Shown: piece after piece, positions 39,310-48,945 of the stretch
Layout of the letters: the number at the start of each line of letters is the position of its first letter
How positions within the stretch are numbered: the first letter of the stretch is position 1
From: an uncultured Gammaproteobacteria bacterium
Lineage (GTDB): Bacteria; Patescibacteriota; Patescibacteriia; Buchananbacterales; UBA6539
Length of the DNA: 64,000 nucleotides
NCBI GenBank assembly: GCA_964497245.1
Contig: CAZCCC010000001.1
Location: 10,297-74,296 of the forward strand
Direction: 5' to 3'
Notes under the pieces: generated by a model
Database searches by the model: none
What the model saw: the letters and a program-made list of their open reading frames with translations, nothing else
What the model was told of the DNA's origin: nothing
Program-made: the position numbers and the translations under genes

Positions 39310-40353
39310 ATGAATAGTAAAATATTAATTGTCATTTTAAATTACAATGGCACAGATTATATCGGCGATTGTTTTTCCAGTTTGGAAAAAATAAATTATC
39401 CCAAAGATTATTTTCAAATCTTAGTGATTGACAACGCTTCGGCCGATAATTCATTGGAATTAATTAAAAATAAATGGCCGCGAATCAAAATAATTGAAAA
39501 TAAAGAGAATATCGGTTTTGCCGCCGGCAATAATATCGGTTTTGATTATGCTGTTCAAAATAATTTTGATTATGTTTATCTGCTTAATCAAGACACAGCG
39601 GTTGAACCCGATTTTTTATTTGAAGCAATTGAGTTGGCAGAAACAGATGAAAAAATCGGTGCAGTCCAGTCCAAGCTTTTACTTTTTCAAAACAAAAAAA
39701 TTAACAGTATTGGAAATGAAATTCATTTTTTAGGTTTCGGCTATGCTGGCGGCTACCAGATGTCTGATTCTGAAATAGCAGTCAAGGAAATTACTTATCC
39801 TTCCGGAGCGGCAGTTCTTATTAAAATAAAAGCTTTAAAAGAAGTCGGTTTTTTCAATGAAGAATTTTTTGCTTATCATGAAGATACTGATTTAGGCTGG
39901 CGGATGTGGCTTTGTAATTTTAAGGTTATGCTTGCACCAAAATCAGTTGTTTATCATAAGTATGAGTTTTCTCGCTCAATAAAGAAATATTATTACATGG
40001 AGCGCAATCGTTATTTAATAATGCTTCAAAATTACAAAATGGGGACTTTATTTTTAATATTGCCGGCGGCAACCTTAATGGATATTGCAATGTTTTTTTA
40101 CGCTTTTTTTGGCGGTTTTTGGAAAGAAGAATTTAGGGTTTATACATATTTCTTTCGGAAAAAATCTTGGGATAATATTTTAAAATCACGGCAGGATATT
40201 CAGGCAAAAAGGAAAGTGAAAGACAAAGAAGTGGTAAAAAGATTTACCGGTAAAATTGAATTTCAAGATTTGAATAATCCATTGCTTAAGTATATTGCCA
40301 ATCCGTTTTTTAATGCCTATTGGCAGATTGCCAAAAGGATTATTTGGTGGTAA
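39310..40353 (+). CDS. Glycosyltransferase family 2 (WbbL/rhamnosyltransferase-like)
   Basis: ILNYN, DNAS, GFAAGNN, LLNQD, FFAYHED. Confidence 0.88.
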   Translation: MNSKILIVILNYNGTDYIGDCFSSLEKINYPKDYFQILVIDNASADNSLELIKNKWPRIKIIENKENIGFAAGNNIGFDYAVQNNFDYVYLLNQDTAVEPDFLFEAIELAETDEKIGAVQSKLLLFQNKKINSIGNEIHFLGFGYAGGYQMSDSEIAVKEITYPSGAAVLIKIKALKEVGFFNEEFFAYHEDTDLGWRMWLCNFKVMLAPKSVVYHKYEFSRSIKKYYYMERNRYLIMLQNYKMGTLFLILPAATLMDIAMFFYAFFGGFWKEEFRVYTYFFRKKSWDNILKSRQDIQAKRKVKDKEVVKRFTGKIEFQDLNNPLLKYIANPFFNAYWQIAKRIIWW

Positions 40354-40427
40354 TTTTTAGGGTTATAATAGACAGAAATGATATTAAAAAAATTTATTTT
40401 TTGGAACCCTTTGCTCAATAATTAAAA

Positions 40428-40544
40428 TTAAAAGTTATTTTTTAAAAAACATCCTAGATATAAAGTCTGGATGTTTTTTAACGAGATAGTTATGGCTTTT
40501 TTGGCTTCCTTCAAACTAGGGAAGGTTGTATAGACAATAATCAT
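40428..40544 (-). pseudogene. cutA: Truncated CutA (divalent-cation tolerance protein) remnant, 38 codons
   Basis: Hand translation MIIVYTTFPSLKEAKKAITISLKNIQTLYLGCFLKNNF*. The first ~16 aa resemble the CutA N-terminus; the rest runs into a terminator hairpin. Not in the ORF track. Confidence 0.6.
40444..40479. terminator. Bidirectional intrinsic terminator between convergent units
   Basis: aaaaaacatcc-t-aga/tct-ggatgtttttt hairpin with A/T tails on both sides. Confidence 0.7.
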
Positions 40545-40574
40545 GAAAGAAATTAAAACAATTAGTTTTAATTT

Positions 40575-40949
40575 CTAGGCTTTCCAAAGGCCATGCAGAT
40601 TGCAGTATTCTCTGGCGGTAATATTTTCCGCTTTAATGAAAAATTCAGCAACCGGATCATCTCCTGGCTTGAGAAATTTTTTGTATGATTTATCATCAGC
40701 GATTATTTCTATCCATTCAATATAATGAGTTTTTTCCATTGGATGAAACACTGAACCAATGCTTACTTTAATTTTGTTTTCCATTTTTTCAATTACCGGG
40801 ACATGTTTTTCCAGTGAAGCATCAACTGTATTTTCTTGTTGTAATTTCATCGGTTGTCCGCAACAGACCAACTCACCGGCTCCGGCATGGACCATTTCAA
40901 CGATATTGCCGCAGACTTCACATTTATATACTTGGTTTATTTCAGTCAT
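40575..40949 (-). CDS. dfx: Desulfoferrodoxin (2Fe superoxide reductase)
   Basis: C-C...CCG desulforedoxin domain, EKHVP, HPM, HYIEW, CNLHGLW. Confidence 0.95.
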   Translation of the reverse strand: MTEINQVYKCEVCGNIVEMVHAGAGELVCCGQPMKLQQENTVDASLEKHVPVIEKMENKIKVSIGSVFHPMEKTHYIEWIEIIADDKSYKKFLKPGDDPVAEFFIKAENITAREYCNLHGLWKA

Positions 40950-40959
40950 ATTTTATAAA

Positions 40960-41544
40960 TTAATATTCTTCACATTTAATTTGATAATAGGCGCTGGAAT
41001 GATCGCAAGACGGGCACATTTCTGGCGGTTCAGCGCCGAAGTGAGCATATCCGCATTCTCGGCAAATCCACCAGACTTTTTCTTCTTTTTTAAATACCGT
41101 ACCGGCTTCAACTTGGACAAGTAATTTTTTGTAGCGTTCTTCGTGATGCTTTTCTGCGTTGGCAATTGACCTTAACCTTCTGGCAATTTCATCAAGACCT
41201 TCTTCTTCGGCAGTTTTCGCAAACTCGGGATACATTTCATTATATTCATAATATTCTCCGGCTGCCGCTTCTTTCAGATTTTTTGCAGTATTGCCATAAG
41301 TATTAGGCGATGCCGCTTCAACTATAATTTCATTGGTTTTATCGCCCATTTTTTCCTTAAGTTCCTGAATGTGCTCAAAAAGCCGTTTAGCATGAGTTTT
41401 CTCTTGTTCGGCCGTAATTAAAAAAATTTCCGCGATTTGTTCAAAGCCTTCTTTTTTGGCGATTTTTGCATAAAATGTGTATCTGTTTCGCGCTTGTGAT
41501 TCGCCAATAAAGGCTTTAGTTAAATTTTTTATTGTTTTTTCCAT
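40960..41544 (-). CDS. rbr: Rubrerythrin
   Basis: [23 protein letters not shown]-terminal CRECG...CPSC. Confidence 0.95.
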   Translation of the reverse strand: MEKTIKNLTKAFIGESQARNRYTFYAKIAKKEGFEQIAEIFLITAEQEKTHAKRLFEHIQELKEKMGDKTNEIIVEAASPNTYGNTAKNLKEAAAGEYYEYNEMYPEFAKTAEEEGLDEIARRLRSIANAEKHHEERYKKLLVQVEAGTVFKKEEKVWWICRECGYAHFGAEPPEMCPSCDHSSAYYQIKCEEY

Positions 41545-41580
41545 AAATTTAAACTTATTGATTAATTGTTAATTTCAGAT

Positions 41581-41732
41581 TTTATTGGCGACGTAGAGCG
41601 AGTGAAACAATCCGCCAAAGGCGGATTGTTTCCGAGCCGAGGAGCCAAAAAGGGTTAATACCACGTCATGACTTTACGTCGGGACTGCGGAAGAAGTGGG
41701 CGGAGCTTGCTTCGGGGTTAATACCCTTTATT
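41581..41732 (+). repeat. Dispersed structured intergenic element, copy A (152 bp)
   Basis: Ends TTTATTGGCGACG... and ...GTTAATACCCTTTATT shared with copies B and C; perfect 13-bp hairpin at 41604-41632. Confidence 0.8.
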
Positions 41733-41802
41733 GTATCATAAATATTTTTTTTAGTAAATATTTTTATTTGATAAATAAGATAAAATAAGCTAAAATTATA
41801 TT

Positions 41803-42951
41803 ATGAAAATAGCAATTATTACCTCAACTTTTCCACCTTATGCCGGAGGAATTGGCAATGTTGCCGCTTTTAATGCCAAAGAGCTTTTAAAATTAGGGCA
41901 TAAAGTGGTTGTTTTTACTCCTTTTTATGAAAAAGTAAAAGAAGAGTTTACTGATTTTGAAATTAAGCGCCTTCCACCTTTATTTAACTATGGAAATGCC
42001 GCAATTGTTTTGTCTCTCAGGTGGGCACTTCAAGATTTTGATATTATTCATATCCATTATCCTTTTTTTGGCGGAGCTGAAGTGATCTGGCTTTACAGCA
42101 GGAGATTTAAAAAACAGGGGGCAAAAATTATCCTTCATTATCATATGGACGTCTGTGGACAAGGAGCTATGAAATTTTTTTTCAAACTTCATAAATCATT
42201 AATTCTTCCCAGGATAGTAAAAATTTCCGATAAGGTAATATTTACTTCAATGGATTACGGTCAGAATTCTTACCTAGCGGAGTTTTTTAAAAAAGATCCC
42301 AAAAAGTTTATTGAAGTTCCAAATGGCGTTGACAGTAATAACTTTTATTCGGCTCCAAAAGACAATATTCTGCTGGAAAAATATGAAATTACTGAAGATG
42401 AAAAAATTGTTTTATTTGTGGGCGGATTAGACAAAGCCCACTATTTTAAAGGCATTGAATATTTAATAGAGGCAATGAGCCGTTTAAGAAATTCCCAATA
42501 CCTTTGGCGGCTTTTAATAGTTGGAGAAGGAGACTTAAAAAAATATTATGTTTCATTAGTGGATCAATTTAGGCTTAAATCAAAAGTGATTTTTGCTGGT
42601 TATGTATCAAATGAAGATTTGCCGAAATATTATAATTTGGCGGATGTGGCAGTTTTACCCTCAGTTGATAAGTCTGAAGCTTTTGGCCTCACCTTGGTTG
42701 AAGCAATGAGCTGTGGCAAGCCGGTAGTAGCCTCAAATTTGCCCGGCGTCAGAAGCGTTGTCACTGAAAAAATGAACGGCTTGCTGGTTGAGCCGGGAAA
42801 TTCAGATGATTTGGCAGCAAAAATAAATTATTTTTTAAGTGATTCTCAGCAGTCTTATGATTTCGGCAAAGCTGGGAGAAATAAAGTAAAGCTCAAATAT
42901 GATTGGTCAATAATCGGTCGTAAGCTTGATGAACTTTACAAGGGGTTATGA
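41803..42951 (+). CDS. Glycosyltransferase family 4
   Basis: FPPYAGGIG, PNGVD, EAFGLTLVEAMSCG. Confidence 0.93.
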   Translation: MKIAIITSTFPPYAGGIGNVAAFNAKELLKLGHKVVVFTPFYEKVKEEFTDFEIKRLPPLFNYGNAAIVLSLRWALQDFDIIHIHYPFFGGAEVIWLYSRRFKKQGAKIILHYHMDVCGQGAMKFFFKLHKSLILPRIVKISDKVIFTSMDYGQNSYLAEFFKKDPKKFIEVPNGVDSNNFYSAPKDNILLEKYEITEDEKIVLFVGGLDKAHYFKGIEYLIEAMSRLRNSQYLWRLLIVGEGDLKKYYVSLVDQFRLKSKVIFAGYVSNEDLPKYYNLADVAVLPSVDKSEAFGLTLVEAMSCGKPVVASNLPGVRSVVTEKMNGLLVEPGNSDDLAAKINYFLSDSQQSYDFGKAGRNKVKLKYDWSIIGRKLDELYKGL

Positions 42952-43325
42952 GCAGAGTTGGTCGTATTATTTTTTGGTGGGTGGCGGTTTTTTTCTGGTT
43001 TATGGTAATTTATTATTTTTCCAGCCAGCCGAGCCTTAAATCAGACTTTCAACCTTTTTGGGATTTGATTTTAAGAAAAATTGCCCACATGGCCGAGTTT
43101 TTTGTTTTGGCTTATTTATTTTTTAATGCCTATCGGAGCCTTGGCTTGAAAGTAGGACGATCGCTTTTACTAGCTTTTATTTTTTCTTTGGTTTATGCAT
43201 TTTTTGACGAATGGCATCAGGATCAAGTTCTGGGTAGAACCAAAAGCATTATTGATGTGGTAATAGATGGATTGGGAATTTCCGTTTTTATTTTTTTGAA
43301 GTTAATTCAGAAATCAAAAAATTAG
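42948..43325 (+). CDS. VanZ-like family membrane protein
   Basis: RKIAHMAEF, YAFFDEWHQ, GR, DVVID. Confidence 0.88.
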   Translation: MSRVGRIIFWWVAVFFWFMVIYYFSSQPSLKSDFQPFWDLILRKIAHMAEFFVLAYLFFNAYRSLGLKVGRSLLLAFIFSLVYAFFDEWHQDQVLGRTKSIIDVVIDGLGISVFIFLKLIQKSKN

Positions 43326-43395
43326 GTCGTCAGTTCGGCTAAAAACTAATAGTGTAATTGGGTGTTTTAAAATAATTAAATTTTATTAATATATT

Positions 43396-44562
43396 ATGAA
43401 AATATGTCTGATTCATAGCTTATATAAACCATATACTCGAGGCGGGGCTGAGGTTGTTGTTGAAAATATTATTGATGGTTTTTTAAAGTTTGGACATGAA
43501 GTAATTTTGGTCACAATCGGCAGAAAAAATGAAGTTCAGCAAGAAGGAAGGTTAAAAATTTACCGGATTAATCCTTTTAATGTTTTTTCTTTTTTAAAGA
43601 TAGATAAAATGCCTGTTTGGCTCAGATTGTTTTGGCATCCGTTGGATGTTTTTAATTTTTCAAGTTATTTTAAAATAAAAAAAATTCTAAAGTTAGAAAG
43701 GCCTAAAGTGGTAATGACTCATAACCTGAAAGGAATTGGCTATTTGGTGCCGGCAGCAATAAGGCGGAGAAAAATTAGGCATTTCCATACTGTTCACGAT
43801 GTTCAGCTTTCACGGCCATCCGGCTTGATAATTTTTGGCCAAGAAAAACCGTTTTTAATCTTAGATAAGCTTTATGAAAAAATTGTCAAAAGGCTTTTTG
43901 GGAATCCCGACTTGCTGATTTCGCCTTCGCGTTGGCTTTTGGGGTATTATCAAGCGCGCGGGTTTTTTTATGAGTCAAAAAAAGTGGTGATGGCAAACCC
44001 GATAATTTTTAAGAAAACTGATAAAAGAGAGGAAGTATTAGTAGAAGAAAAAATCATTTTTTTATTTGTTGGGCAGCTGGAGTGGTTTAAGGGAATTCTT
44101 TTTTTAATTGATACTTTAAAAGAGGTTAAGTCGCAGAATTGGCAGCTTTTGATAATCGGTTCTGGTGGTGTTCAAAAAGCCGTTCAGAAAGAAGTTTTGG
44201 GAGATAGCCGTTTTAAATTTATTGGAAGAGTTGATCATGAAAAGTTGGCGGAATTTTATCGCCAAGCTGATTTTACCGTTGTCCCATCCCTTTGTTATGA
44301 AAACTCGCCGAAAGTGATTGATGAGAGTCTGGTGGCTAATGTTCCGGTAATTGCCGCAGATATCGGCGGGGTTTCTGAAATAGTCAAAGATTATTACAAT
44401 GGATTTACTTTTGCCCCTGGCAATAAGAAGAATTTAATAGAAGTCTTAGAATATTTTTTGAATAATCGGGAAAAAATAGCTGATCTTAAAAAAAATTGTT
44501 TTATTTCAGTGAGGAATTCTTCAATCAGAAATTATATTAATCAGCTTTTGAAATTAATTTAG
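43396..44562 (+). CDS. Glycosyltransferase family 4
   Basis: RGGAE, HTVHD, ENSPKVIDES. Confidence 0.92.
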   Translation: MKICLIHSLYKPYTRGGAEVVVENIIDGFLKFGHEVILVTIGRKNEVQQEGRLKIYRINPFNVFSFLKIDKMPVWLRLFWHPLDVFNFSSYFKIKKILKLERPKVVMTHNLKGIGYLVPAAIRRRKIRHFHTVHDVQLSRPSGLIIFGQEKPFLILDKLYEKIVKRLFGNPDLLISPSRWLLGYYQARGFFYESKKVVMANPIIFKKTDKREEVLVEEKIIFLFVGQLEWFKGILFLIDTLKEVKSQNWQLLIIGSGGVQKAVQKEVLGDSRFKFIGRVDHEKLAEFYRQADFTVVPSLCYENSPKVIDESLVANVPVIAADIGGVSEIVKDYYNGFTFAPGNKKNLIEVLEYFLNNREKIADLKKNCFISVRNSSIRNYINQLLKLI

Positions 44563-44563
44563 G

Positions 44564-44612
44564 TTTATTGGCGACATCAAGCGAGTGTGCAGCACCGTTA
44601 ATACCCTTTATT
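44564..44612 (+). repeat. Dispersed element, copy B (49 bp, only the two ends retained)
   Basis: tttattggcgacatcaagcgagtg-tgcagcacc-gttaataccctttatt. Confidence 0.8.
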
Positions 44613-44688
44613 ATTTTGCCAATTTTTATAATCTAGAGTTTTAGACGGTTAAAAAAAACTGCTTTGATTTTTCAAAACAGCTTTAGTC

Positions 44689-44952
44689 TTAATGCAAGAA
44701 TCCAGAAATGGATGACGAAAGAGCAAGGTAGTCTATTTCATTTCCTTTTCCAAATTTTGTCATTAGAAAGTACCAAAGATCATTACCAATAATATGTGTC
44801 TGCCCATGTGCATTTACTAGGGAGGTAAATGCGCGACAAATTGTCTCTTCAGGCAGATCACAAAAAACGGCCTTTAGGCTGAAAAGAAGTTTTAAAAGAT
44901 TGCCGTGTCCATTGGCCAGTTCTTCAAAAGTGCAAAAGGTGCGAGTAGACAT
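44689..44952 (-). CDS. Hypothetical protein (87 aa)
   Basis: Isolated ORF with AAGGGA upstream and a TTGACA-17-TAATAT promoter candidate at 45025-44997. Confidence 0.5.
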   Translation of the reverse strand: MSTRTFCTFEELANGHGNLLKLLFSLKAVFCDLPEETICRAFTSLVNAHGQTHIIGNDLWYFLMTKFGKGNEIDYLALSSSISGFLH

Positions 44953-45069
44953 TTAGATTTCCCTTTTTGTTTTGGTTGTCAGAAATTTGAATATTAATAT
45001 TACCCCATTTTTTATATATTGTCAATTAATCGTGGAGTTTTGCAAAGGGGAAATAGAAATGTCCTACTT

Positions 45070-45103
45070 TTAAAATAAAATTAGCCGATTATTCAACCGG
45101 CTA
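45070..45103 (-). terminator. Probable intrinsic terminator of the 699-aa membrane protein gene
   Basis: Minus strand tagccggtt-gaat-aatcggcta followed by a T-rich tract. Confidence 0.55.
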
Positions 45104-45176
45104 GAATCCAAAGCCCTAAAGGCAATTTGGGGTTAAATTATGAAATTTTTATTATAGGTTTAAGACTCTGAATATA

Positions 45177-47276
45177 TTAGTGTTTATATTTAAAGATAAG
45201 AATTTCTCCATCGTCTACCGTGTAAATTTTGTCTGCCGAGTTAGCCGCCTGATTTGCGATTTTTTCAAAATTTTGCCAATATTTGTTCAAGATAAAATAG
45301 CTTTCATTTACTCCAGCTTCATTCATCACTTTTTGCATTGTTTCTTTTTTCGCCCCTTCGTAAATCATTTCCAAATAGCCTTGATAAAAGGTTTTAGGCT
45401 CTCCCATTGGCATTGAGTAATAGAATTGGTTATTGTAATATTTTTTGAATCCCAATTCTTTAATTGCCGCTGCGCCAACCATCTGATTGGCAAGCACTAT
45501 GTGTTCTGGCGCAGCGATTTGCTCAATCAGGGTTATGGCTTTGATGTCTGATTCCGAAAGGCTGAAAAATTTAGCCGGCTCATATTGGTTTAAGCGAGGG
45601 TAAGATAGATATAAGGAAATCAATAACAGCCCGCTTAAAATAGAAACCAGGAAAGATTTTGCCAAATAATTTTCTTTTTGCCATAAATTTTTAATAAAAA
45701 CATATAATCCAATAAGAAAAAAAGGAAGAAGGATATAAAAAGTAAGCACTAAAAGTCTATTGGTAAATGAATTTTTATCATAATCTATCAAGGCGGGGAA
45801 AGTGATAAAATATTTTACAATTAAAAAATTGATGAAAATAACGGCTGATGCCATTAGATAACCAGAATTATTTTTTAGAAGTTTGTGCTTGGTGATATAG
45901 GCAAGTCCGATTAAAATTACTAAAAATGCCAGAATTATTTTATTTAAATTTATTAGGTACACGATGTTTAAAGGAAGGTCATATTTGTCAATCCAACTAA
46001 ATAAAACAAGATTTTCAAAGTTTATATCAGGTTTGTTTAAATTCAATGAGGATCCGTTTATTATAAAGGATAAAGGCAGAAAGATTATAAAAACCGTTCC
46101 CGTCAGAAAATAAAGCCAGATATGCCTTTTGTAGTTTTTATAGAACAATTTAAAAATATTCAAAAGCATTATTGTTATTAAAAGCGGAATTCCTGCCAAC
46201 GGATGAATGGCCAGTGCCGCTAAAGCCAAAAAATAGAGGGTAATGGCGGAAATATCATCTTTAAAATAAAGCAGAGAAAAAAGTATCGTTATAATAAAAA
46301 TTAGATTTGCCAGATTTTGAGGAGTAGTCATAATAAATCCGGAATAGGGAATCGCAATAATCATTAAGGCCATTATTAGCGAATACTTTTTTTGTAGCCA
46401 GTTGCTGAATACATAAAATACCGTTGTGGGAGCAAAAATTGAAAAAAAGACAGGTACCAGCATTTTATCAATCAAGGAGATGCTAATCCCACTGAATTTA
46501 TGCAGGAAAGTGACAATCGCATATTGCCCGAGATAATAAAGGGGCTTAGGGGTGATTGTTCCTGTTTGGCTGATTATTTTTTCCGTTGCTTGATGGATGA
46601 AAGGATCAAAGCCATAGCCTATTTTGTAGACTATTAAAGCAATACCAGCGCTTAGAAAAGTATGAACTATTGTTAATAATAAAGGCAATTTGGTTCTTGT
46701 TGATCTTAATAGATAAGTAACTAAACAGACGGTTAATCCAAAGTAAACAGGAAAAAATTTTGAATCCACAGTTTGCCAAGGTTCCTGTATTGACAGAGAT
46801 GTTTGTCCGTTTAAAAGCAGGAAAAAACAAAAAAAGGTACCGATGATATAAATAATAACAAGAAAAAAATTAGTTTTAGGCTCTTTTCTTTCATTAAATT
46901 TTGAAAAGTATTCTTTTACAATTTTTCTAAGTGATAGTTTTTTTTCGGGTTTTATCCAATAATACAAGAAAGCAAGAACAACAGGAATAAAGAAAAACAA
47001 ACCAAGTAGAATATTGTTGCTTAGACGATAAATATAGATTAGCCCAGCACCAACTATTGAAATGAAACAAAGTAAAAAAAGCGGGCCAAAAATAGTCTGC
47101 CAGCCTCGCTTATCAATAAATAAAGATCCGGTAATAAAGCCGAAGAATATTATATATGACAAGGTAAAAAAGGAACCTATGACAATATTATTCCAATACA
47201 AAAAATTAAATGCCAAAGAAAGGCAAATAATTAGAGCCGTCGTAAAGTATTTGAATTTAGTGATTTTTTCTTCCAT
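45177..47276 (-). CDS. Large multi-pass membrane protein, possible GT-C fold
   Basis: Numerous TMs, GYGFDPFIH loop, soluble C-terminal domain; divergent from a GT-C gene. Confidence 0.6.
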   Translation of the reverse strand: MEEKITKFKYFTTALIICLSLAFNFLYWNNIVIGSFFTLSYIIFFGFITGSLFIDKRGWQTIFGPLFLLCFISIVGAGLIYIYRLSNNILLGLFFFIPVVLAFLYYWIKPEKKLSLRKIVKEYFSKFNERKEPKTNFFLVIIYIIGTFFCFFLLLNGQTSLSIQEPWQTVDSKFFPVYFGLTVCLVTYLLRSTRTKLPLLLTIVHTFLSAGIALIVYKIGYGFDPFIHQATEKIISQTGTITPKPLYYLGQYAIVTFLHKFSGISISLIDKMLVPVFFSIFAPTTVFYVFSNWLQKKYSLIMALMIIAIPYSGFIMTTPQNLANLIFIITILFSLLYFKDDISAITLYFLALAALAIHPLAGIPLLITIMLLNIFKLFYKNYKRHIWLYFLTGTVFIIFLPLSFIINGSSLNLNKPDINFENLVLFSWIDKYDLPLNIVYLINLNKIILAFLVILIGLAYITKHKLLKNNSGYLMASAVIFINFLIVKYFITFPALIDYDKNSFTNRLLVLTFYILLPFFLIGLYVFIKNLWQKENYLAKSFLVSILSGLLLISLYLSYPRLNQYEPAKFFSLSESDIKAITLIEQIAAPEHIVLANQMVGAAAIKELGFKKYYNNQFYYSMPMGEPKTFYQGYLEMIYEGAKKETMQKVMNEAGVNESYFILNKYWQNFEKIANQAANSADKIYTVDDGEILIFKYKH

Positions 47277-47292
47277 ATTTTCTAGTATCTAT

Positions 47293-47326
47293 ATTTTAGC
47301 ACAAAAACGACTTTTTTTGCTATAAT
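47293..47326. promoter_or_regulatory. Back-to-back extended -10 promoters
   Basis: TGCTATAAT (+, 47318-47326) and TGCTAAAAT (-, 47301-47293) between divergent genes. Confidence 0.55.
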
Positions 47327-47367
47327 ACTAAATATGATAAGGCTAAAAAATTAATAATTATTCTATA

Positions 47368-48945
47368 ATGTTTAAGAAGCGCAATTTTTTTCTGGCAGCT
47401 ATCGGAGTAGTGTCTTTAGTTGTTTATTTTTGGCTGGTTTCGCCTATTAATACCGGTCTTGAAATAAGCCATCGTTTTGATTGGCCTGATGAAGTTTCCA
47501 ATTATTTTTGGATTACTAATTACGCGGAAACCAGTCAGCTTTATGTTGCTGAACCTTTAAATTTAATCGCTGAAAATCAAATTCATCCAAGGAGTTTTAA
47601 TGTCCGGGAAGACGGCTCGCTTGTTCCGGGCAGTTTTTTTGGCTTAATACTGGTTTATGGATTGATTGCTAAATTATTTAGTTCCACTTTGGCTATTTAT
47701 TTTACTCCAATATTGGCGATAATAGCGTCTTTTTGCTTTTATGGAATAATTAGACACATATTTGACTTAAGAATTGCTCTATTGTCTTTAGTTTTAATGC
47801 TTTTTCATCCAGCCTGGCTTTATTATTCAGTCACTCCGATGCTTCCCAATGCTTGTTTTGTTTCACTTATTATCATTAGCGTTTGGCTTTTGATTTTCAG
47901 GAAAAATAGGATAAGTTCAATTCAAGTCCTGTTTTCGGCGCTTGCTTTAGGTTTTGCGGTATCAGTTCGGCCGGTTGAGATTTTTTGGATTTTTGCTTTG
48001 TATTTTTTAATTTTTATTTATTTATTTAAAAGGCTTGATTGGCAAAAAATTATTTTGTTTTTGGTAATCTTATTTTTAGCAGTAATTCCTTCAATTTATC
48101 AGCAGCAGATATTGTTTGGGAGTATTTTTACTTCAGGGTATGATCAGTTTCATATAGAAAAATCAATATTAGAGCAGTCGGCCGGTTTTATAAAATCTTT
48201 TATCGCTCCTTTTGGCATTCATCCTCGCTTAGCAACAGAAAATCTTTGGCTTTATTTTTTTAAGCAGCTTTGGTGGCTCTCATTTTTGGCCGTTTTGGGC
48301 TTGTTTGTCTCTTTATTTAATTTTAGGAAAAGAAACGAACTATTTTTTGGTTATGTTATTTTCAGCTTATTTTTGTTTTTTTGGCTTGGAAATTTTTATG
48401 GCAGCTGGCAATTTGAAGACAAACTCACGGTAAAACTCAATGTTTTAGGAATTTCTTATTTACGTTACTGGTTGCCTATATATTTAGTATCAGTTCCTTT
48501 TATTGCCTCTGGGCTTGCTTGGATTTCTAGCCTTTTAAAAACACGGGTTTTAAAAAAGTCAGCCTTGGCAATTTTCATTATTTTTCTTTTGTATAATTCT
48601 TTGCTACTATCCCTATTTAAAAATGAGGACAGCATTTTGCCGGTCCGCCGAAGAATTGCTGAATATAAAAAAACGGCAGCCAGAGTTATTTCATTAACCG
48701 AACAAGATTCAATAATCATTACTGTCAGAAAAGATAAAGTTTTTTTTCCCGAAAGAAAAGTAATTCATACTTTTGAGAAGCTTTCTGATAATCAAAAAAT
48801 ACAAAATTTTTTGCCTAATTTAATCAATGAAGCACCGGTTTATTATTATTCCCTTGAATTTGAAAAAAATCTTGAAATGGAAAACGGAATGTCTTTAGAA
48901 TTGGTGCAAAATATCGGTAATGAAGTTTTATATAAAATAAAATGA
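47368..48945 (+). CDS. GT-C (ArnT/PMT-like) membrane glycosyltransferase
   Basis: DWPDE acidic loop after TM1, many TMs, RYWLP. Confidence 0.72.
   Translation: MFKKRNFFLAAIGVVSLVVYFWLVSPINTGLEISHRFDWPDEVSNYFWITNYAETSQLYVAEPLNLIAENQIHPRSFNVREDGSLVPGSFFGLILVYGLIAKLFSSTLAIYFTPILAIIASFCFYGIIRHIFDLRIALLSLVLMLFHPAWLYYSVTPMLPNACFVSLIIISVWLLIFRKNRISSIQVLFSALALGFAVSVRPVEIFWIFALYFLIFIYLFKRLDWQKIILFLVILFLAVIPSIYQQQILFGSIFTSGYDQFHIEKSILEQSAGFIKSFIAPFGIHPRLATENLWLYFFKQLWWLSFLAVLGLFVSLFNFRKRNELFFGYVIFSLFLFFWLGNFYGSWQFEDKLTVKLNVLGISYLRYWLPIYLVSVPFIASGLAWISSLLKTRVLKKSALAIFIIFLLYNSLLLSLFKNEDSILPVRRRIAEYKKTAARVISLTEQDSIIITVRKDKVFFPERKVIHTFEKLSDNQKIQNFLPNLINEAPVYYYSLEFEKNLEMENGMSLELVQNIGNEVLYKIK

Noticed and set aside
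40759-41165. ORFs 40759-41124 (+) and 40953-41165 (-)
   Set aside because: Shadow or alternate frames over the well-supported rbr and dfx genes.
41581-44612. Integron attC sites
   Set aside because: GTTAATA does not fit GTTRRRY, there is no matching RYYYAAC inverse core, and no integrase is in the window.
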